Below, one piece after another: positions 57,695 to 64,000 of a stretch of 64,000 nt of DNA; within the stretch, counting starts at the first letter, position 1; each line of letters opens with the position of its first letter. Origin of the DNA: Octopus vulgaris (Eukaryota); NCBI GenBank assembly GCA_951406725.2, contig OX597834.1, positions 38,130,001-38,194,000 of the forward strand, given 5' to 3'. Made by a program: the position numbers and the translations under genes. The notes beneath the pieces are model-generated. The model ran no database searches and was not told the origin of the DNA. It saw only the letters and a list, made by a program, of their open reading frames with translations.

Positions 57695-57788
57695 CCGCAT
57701 TCCGGCCGGACATCATCAACCTCCATATGTTGTTGTTCAGAACTAAATGTTTGTTCTTGCATGTCACAACTGTTTGACTTTTCTTCAG
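57695..57788 (-). CDS. 94-bp internal coding exon of the same gene (AEEKSNSCDMQEQTFSSEQQHMEVDDVRPECG)
   Basis: Acceptor tttttgtttatttcag|CT (phase 1), donor GG|GTACGT (phase 2). The phase matches the next acceptor, giving G-Q-M-N-C. Upstream exons were not found in the window. Confidence 0.78.
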
Positions 57789-59224
57789 CTGAAATAAACA
57801 AAAATGATAATAACAGAATCAGTTGTAAATATTGTCAATAATTCAACCAAGCTAAGCTACTTCATATCTAAAGGTCAATAAAATAATTACCAATTCAGTA
57901 CTGACGTTAATATATTTGCATATACCCATCCCTCAATATTGAGGTTTGTCCCTATTTGAGAAATCAATAAAAAAAAAAGGCCATCAGAGTATCATCAGTT
58001 TATCTTAATATATCAAAAGAAGTTTATAGTAATTGTAATGAACCAGATGCGAAGGTGATTATTATAATGATAATGATGAAAAAGGATGGTAGATTGGCAT
58101 CAATGTTAATACTTGAGTTAACTAGCATAAATGCAGAGTTACATCACCATAAATGTTAGTATTCTCAGATCTTTATTTCAACAGTCACAAATAAATCTTA
58201 GGCAGACAAGGAAATGATCTCAGGGACAGTTTCTGCATGAAAACCAAGTGGTAACAGGCTTGGTATATAGTAAACAAAGAGATTTTGATAGATTAAAATT
58301 GCACCTATTTTCAAGAAAATTAATCAGTAGAAAATATGAAAAGAGAGGCGAAGACAACCCTAAATTATATTTGTTGATTGTCTCCCCTGCTTTCTAAACC
58401 CAACTTGATTAATAAACTTGATTCATTTGGGCACTGCATCTAGCCAAATCCTATTTTTAATAAATTTTAGTTTTAAAACATTAGGATTATTTCTCCAGCA
58501 TTTTTTGTTTATTAGAATTGATTATTAGGTTAATGATACTTTCTCCTCACCACGACTGAAATTTTAATCAAATACCTTTCTAAAAGTATAATATCAAAAG
58601 TACCACTAGCCAACTTTACTACTAATTGATGCCACGAATGACAAAGCCAAACTTTGCCGAGTCCGAATTAGAACAAAGAGATACTGAATTAGACAAAAGA
58701 AATTAAGTCATGAAACTGTTTCTATATTTCCCAAATGTTTACAATAAATTATTTTATTTCAATGATACCAAGCGTGTAAATCTTATACAGGGTTTCATGT
58801 CAGCAAACATGTTTTACAAATGACTTTTTTTTTCTTTCAATTACATACAAATAGTAATAGATATTTCTTTATAAATCCTTTCATTTAATTTAGTTATTTT
58901 ATGAGAGTTAGAAATGTAAAAATAAGAATATCGTTAGCCGGAAGGGAAGTTATAAAATATTATCCTGAGTTGCCTCCCATACAAATACAAGGAATATAAA
59001 TGAAATAGACGTGGAAGGAGAATTATGATGAATTACAGGTCAAAATCTGAGATACTATAAATTGTCTGCCGCATATATACAATATAACAATAGGTAGTCT
59101 GATTACTCATATGCCATTGTGCACAAAGTTACCGATTAACATTACTGTGTGCAAATAAGGTGTAATAATGTTACATATCCTTCAACCTTTTTTCATTTAC
59201 AGGAAAAAAAGTACTTGCACAATA

Positions 59225-60466
59225 TATACAACACTATGACTGGGTATTGGAACAGCTGCTCAACCACTCAAATGTGGAAGCGATATATCTCGACTTTGCA
59301 AAGGCCTATGTTAAAGTCGATCATGGAATGATATGTTACAAACTGCGTGATTTCATTATAGTTAGACAATTGGGAGAATGGCTTCATGACTTTCTGAAGG
59401 ATAGAAGTCAGGTGGTAGTAGCCAATGGGGCCACCTCCAATGACACGCAAATAGTGAGCGGTGTTCCGCAAGGCATTGTTTGGGACCACTACTGTTCATA
59501 ATGGCCCTCTCAGACATGCCCTCAACCACAGAGAGCCACGATCACAGGTTATGCAGATAATACAAAAGTCTCACAGATAATACAGAACTCTGAAGACACT
59601 ATGCACCTGCAATGTGAGCTGAATGAAATATACAAGTGGACTGAAAAGAATAACATGCAGTTTAATGCTGAAAAGTTTCAAGCCTTGTGCTATCAGCATG
59701 CAAAACTAAAGGCAATATCCATTCAATACACTGGACCTGGAGGGATTGCAATCCCAGAAGCACAGTCAGTGCGAGACCTGGGTATTTACATGAGTATTTA
59801 CATGTGCATGTTGCTAAATTGGCAATGAAATGCAGGCGGCTGACCGGATGGATTCTTAGAACTTTGAAAACAAGAAATCAGGAAACCATGATGGTTCTCT
59901 GGAGGACACTTGTCCTAAGCCACTTTGACTATTGCTCTCCGCTATGGTCACCAACCAGTGTCAAATTAATCTACGAAGATGATAGCCTCTATGCAGCATA
60001 TAAGCTACTGGGAAAGACTCAAGAGATTAAAACTCTATTCCTTAGGGCGTAGGCGAGAAAGATGTGCAATAATAAACATCTGGAAGATCATGGAAAGACT
60101 TATCCCAAGCTTTGGCATCGAGAGTTGCACAAATACTAGAACTGGGCACCACTGCATAGCGCTAAGGTCTCCAAATTTGCCATCAATATATAGGACAAGA
60201 TACTGCAATAGCTTGGGTTTCAAAGGTCAACAGCTCTTCAATATCCTCCTGAAGGTGTCTTCAAAATAAAGATGGATCTTTTACTGTCAAGTGTCCCAGA
60301 TGAGCCAACTTAGCGGCAGGAGGTGCAGATGAGGGCAGCGGCATCAATCACCCTCATGCACCAAATGACAATTCCTAAAATGTATTTTTTAAGTAAAATT
60401 ATGTAGCAACACCAAATGACGGTGCCCCAGCATGGCCACAGCTCATGAACAGAAACTAGACATAAA

Positions 60467-60470
<4 letters not shown>
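59225..60470 (+). mobile_element. 5'-truncated, decayed CR1-group LINE
   Basis: AIYLDFAKAY..VDHG, WLHDFLKDRSQVV, SGVPQG, YADNTK, NNMQFNAEKFQ, DYCSPLWSP, SYWERLKRLKLYSL. 3' tail ggtgccccagcatggccacagc followed by an A/(TA)n run. Confidence 0.9.
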
Positions 60471-60523
<53 letters not shown>

Positions 60524-60527
<4 letters not shown>

Positions 60528-61815
60528 TAAATTAGAGATAAAACCACTATTAGGCAAATCAAACAGTGAAAAACATAAACCAAAACATAAAAATAAATAT
60601 AATTAATAAAATATACAAAAAATATAAAATTTAAAATTAAATTATTTGAATTTATATTTATAAATTTTTATATTTTTTAATATTTTTTAAATTTTAAATT
60701 TATAAATTTTTAAACTTTTAATTTTTTGATATTTATATTTATTTATTTAGTTTTTTTTTTTATCTAACTATCAAAAAGGTATTAAAAAGTTTAATATATA
60801 ATAAGTAAAACCACTACGTACGTTTCATGGCCATAACCCAATTCGAATTACAATAATTTAAATTCTATTAAAAATTCGAATAATAATCATAGTCAATCTT
60901 CAGGTTAAAGATAATAGTTAAATAAATAAGCAAATACATTATAAAAAACTCTATTATCAAATTAGAAACTTTAACGATTAGGATTATGTTATACAATCCA
61001 ATTATAATGTTAGATATTAATTTTTAAGTTAAAAATAGATAGAAAATGTATTTATCTATTAAGATATAAAATGGCTATAAAAACCTAATAAACTCAAGAA
61101 TAACCTAATCTCAGTTATAGTCAACATCTAATTACCAAATTATTTACCAAAAAAATAATCACTATTCATATTTTAAATTTAAGTTCAAATCTAATAATTA
61201 TAAAATATTTAAGAATAATAACTAAATTATTATCAATAAATATAATAATTTAGATCTAAAATTTTCTCTATCAATAAATATATATACGTATAATTATTAG
61301 ATTTGAACTTAAATTTTAAAATAATTGGATTCTATGACATAATCCTAAGTTTCTAATTTGATAATAGAGTTTTTATAAGAAAAATTATTTTATTTATTTC
61401 TGGGTTATGGCCATGAAACGTACGTAGTGGTTTTACTTATTATATTATATTAAACATTTTAATACCTTTTTGATAGTTATATAAAAAATAAATAAATAAA
61501 TAAATAAATACAAATATTAAAATATTAAAAATTTACAAGTTTAAAAATTTATAAATATAAAATATAAAAAAATATAAAAATTTATAAATATAAATTAAAA
61601 AATTTTAAATTTAAATAATTTAATTTTAAATTTTATATTTTATACTTTTTGTATATTATATTAATTATATTAATTTTTATGTTTTGGTTATGTTTTTCAC
61701 TGTTTGATTTGCCTAATAGTGATTTTATTTCTAATTTTATATTTATTCTGAGAAATTTGATTTAATCCTAAATCTAATTTTTCCTTGTAAGTTTGGATTT
61801 ACTCCCTAATATTAT
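60524..61815. repeat. Very AT-rich fold-back element (inverted Penelope-pLTR-like arms)
   Basis: 60524-60840 is an approximate reverse complement of 61401-61737. Inner inverted pairs lie at about 60941-60992/61333-61377 and 61170-61201/61290-61320. Confidence 0.85.
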
Positions 61816-61844
61816 ATATATACATATAATCCTTAATCCTTAAA

Positions 61845-62858
61845 AATGTTTCAGCCCGAAGGCTGCGGCCATGCTGGGGCACCACCGTTGAATGAGCTAC
61901 ACTAGTATGTGAATCCACCTCTGATACGTATCACCTGGTCGACAAGGGAGTTCGATGCCGCTGCCCGCATCTGTGTCTCCTGCCGAGAAGTAGGTTCATC
62001 TGGGACCCCCGACAAAAAGAGATCCAGTTTAGTTTTAAAGGAACCCACATCCACACCATGCAAGTCTCTTAGGCATTTAGGGAGGATGTTGAAGAGCTGC
62101 GGTCCTCTGAAACCCAAGCTGTTGCAGTATCTGGTCCTATATTTTGATGGTGATGTTGGAATCTTTGGCACCATGCAGTGGCGCCCCGTTCTGCGGTTGA
62201 GGTAACTTTGAATGAAAAAGTTTGGGACAAGTCCCTCCAGGATTTTCCAGATGTATATCACTGCATATCTCTCCCACCTTCACTCTAGGGAGAATAGTTT
62301 TAATACTTTCAGTCTTTCCCAGTAGCTGATATGTTGCATTGAGACGATCTTCTTAGTGTAGCTTCTTTGAATTGTTTCGAGTTCTGCTGTTAGCTTTATA
62401 TTGTGTGGTGACCATAGATGGGAGCAGTAGTCCAAGCGGCTGAAGACGAAAGTTTCCCAAAGGACTATCAGTGTCTCCTTCTCTCTTGTTCTGAAAGTTT
62501 GAAGAATCTATCCAGCTAGCTGTCTGCATTTTATCACCAAATTAGTAATATGCACTTGGAAAGAGGCATCATTGCTCATGTCAATGCCCAGTTCAAGCAC
62601 CGATTTTGACTCAGGAATTACAATTCTTCCCGGGCCAGTGTATCCAGTCTGCATGTCGTTTACCTTTGTGTGCCAGTAGCGCAGGGCCTGGAACTTACTT
62701 GCATTAAACTGCATGTTGTTGTCCTCAGCCCACCTGTATATTGTATCCAACTCCTGTTGCAGATGTGCAATATTTCCAGGGTTTTGTATTGCTAGCAAGG
62801 GCCACTATGAACAGCAGTGGCCCCAAGACAGTGCCCTGTGGAACACCGCTTGTTATTT
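61845..62858 (-). mobile_element. Second CR1-group LINE of the same family, in opposite orientation, with an internal deletion
   Basis: SGVPQGTVLGPLLFIVAL joins directly to AIQNPGNIAHLQQELD (YADD region missing). IYIWKILEGLVPN...RYCNSLGFRGPQLFN; same 3' tail. Confidence 0.9.
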
Positions 62859-62866
62859 GTGTATAT

Positions 62867-62950
<84 letters not shown>

Positions 62951-64000
62951 GCACACATACATACATATATATATATATATATTAACAGAATGAGATAAAA
63001 ATCCAAGGCTGTGAAACATTTCAGAACATCTATAAAGGTCTTACAGCTGTTTCCCTTTTTCCTTTTTTTTTTTGTTTTTGTTTTGTTTGTTTATTGTCAC
63101 CAACATAGAAGATCAGGAAATGCCGGGATTTTAACATTTGGGCAATATTTAATGGATTATCACTCAAATTATTAAGTAACATATTTGATGCCAATTAGGT
63201 TTTAGTGTTGCCTACGTACCTACTCTCATAGTGAAGTCACTAGTGTTACTGTTTGTCAATTATACTTTACTCAAACTTTAAAATGTTAAATATTTGACCC
63301 AACCCTAAAATTGTTTTGGTCTTAGTATTAGAAAAACTTACACAAACAATACTGTGCTGCTTGTTATTGTTTTTTGGCTCTGACTGAGCAGACCCACAAT
63401 AGAAGCTACTTCAGCCATGACCATCCTGTTTTTTTTTGTTTTTTTTCTTAAGACTCTAGGGTATGATTTGCAGAGCATATGGTAGCTATTTCTGCACAGA
63501 AACTTGCTTCAGTTGATTGCTTAAGTAGTTAATTGCAGAAGCAACTGTTCAAATTTTATTTCACTAGTGTCATATTTCTGACCATATTTACTTTAAGTTC
63601 ATCCTGCAGTTTTAAACTTAAATTGTGTGATTTCCTAATCTGGAAAAGATAGGTAGATATAAGAAGGAGATTTTGCTACAGATCTTTTTAATTGTTTGTA
63701 CAATTATGTTAGGCATTGATAAGTGTATATCCCAACTAGTTTTTGAACACTGAATTGCAATAGGAGTCCACCAGAATAAAATAGTAATCAAAAGGTTTCA
63801 TAGATAAAAAAAAAATGGTTGAGAACTCATGAGTTAAATGAACCTTCCTCTATTCCTTCTGTTAGTCTCTCCTTGGAGGCCCTGGAAACTATCATGGGTC
63901 CTGCGCTTCCCTCCCCATGAGATATGATAAAAATACTTCATTCCACTCATACTTTTCACAATCCATCACCTAATCCACCCACACCCACATAATGTCAAAA

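Noticed and set aside
60524-61815. Mitochondrial insertion (NUMT) suggested by extreme AT content
   Set aside because: No recognisable mitochondrial gene; explained by the inverted arms and pLTR-like motif.

Overview
Eukaryotic, AT-rich and extremely microsatellite-rich DNA. The repeat inventory (tRNA-SINE families, R4/Dong, RTE, CR1 and Penelope relics among (AT)n/(ACAT)n/(GT)n runs) looks like a cephalopod (octopus-type) genome; this is an inference. Nearly all supplied ORFs are simple-repeat artefacts. Real coding content: three 3'-terminal exons of one spliced minus-strand gene (57695-57788, 55658-56561, 53427-55274; long low-complexity Q/P/S/N-rich C-terminus, probable GC-AG last intron), plus decayed transposon ORFs: a hAT/Buster (GTF2IRD2-like) transposase, R4/Dong RT and endonuclease, RTE, CR1, and a Penelope GIY-YIG endonuclease. 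An 8.5 kb (AAAC/CCAA) satellite with higher-order duplications occupies 25.3-33.8 kb. The most notable signal is a set of Penelope-type minimal hammerhead ribozyme motifs in short cassettes, mostly in or beside microsatellites (best at 23615-23660; others at 24910-24944, 35944-35980 and 60815-60903; relics at about 3836, 11925, 20928, 36250 and 61415). Two of the loci have inverted (fold-back) arrangements. All calls were made by eye; no searches or folding programs were run.
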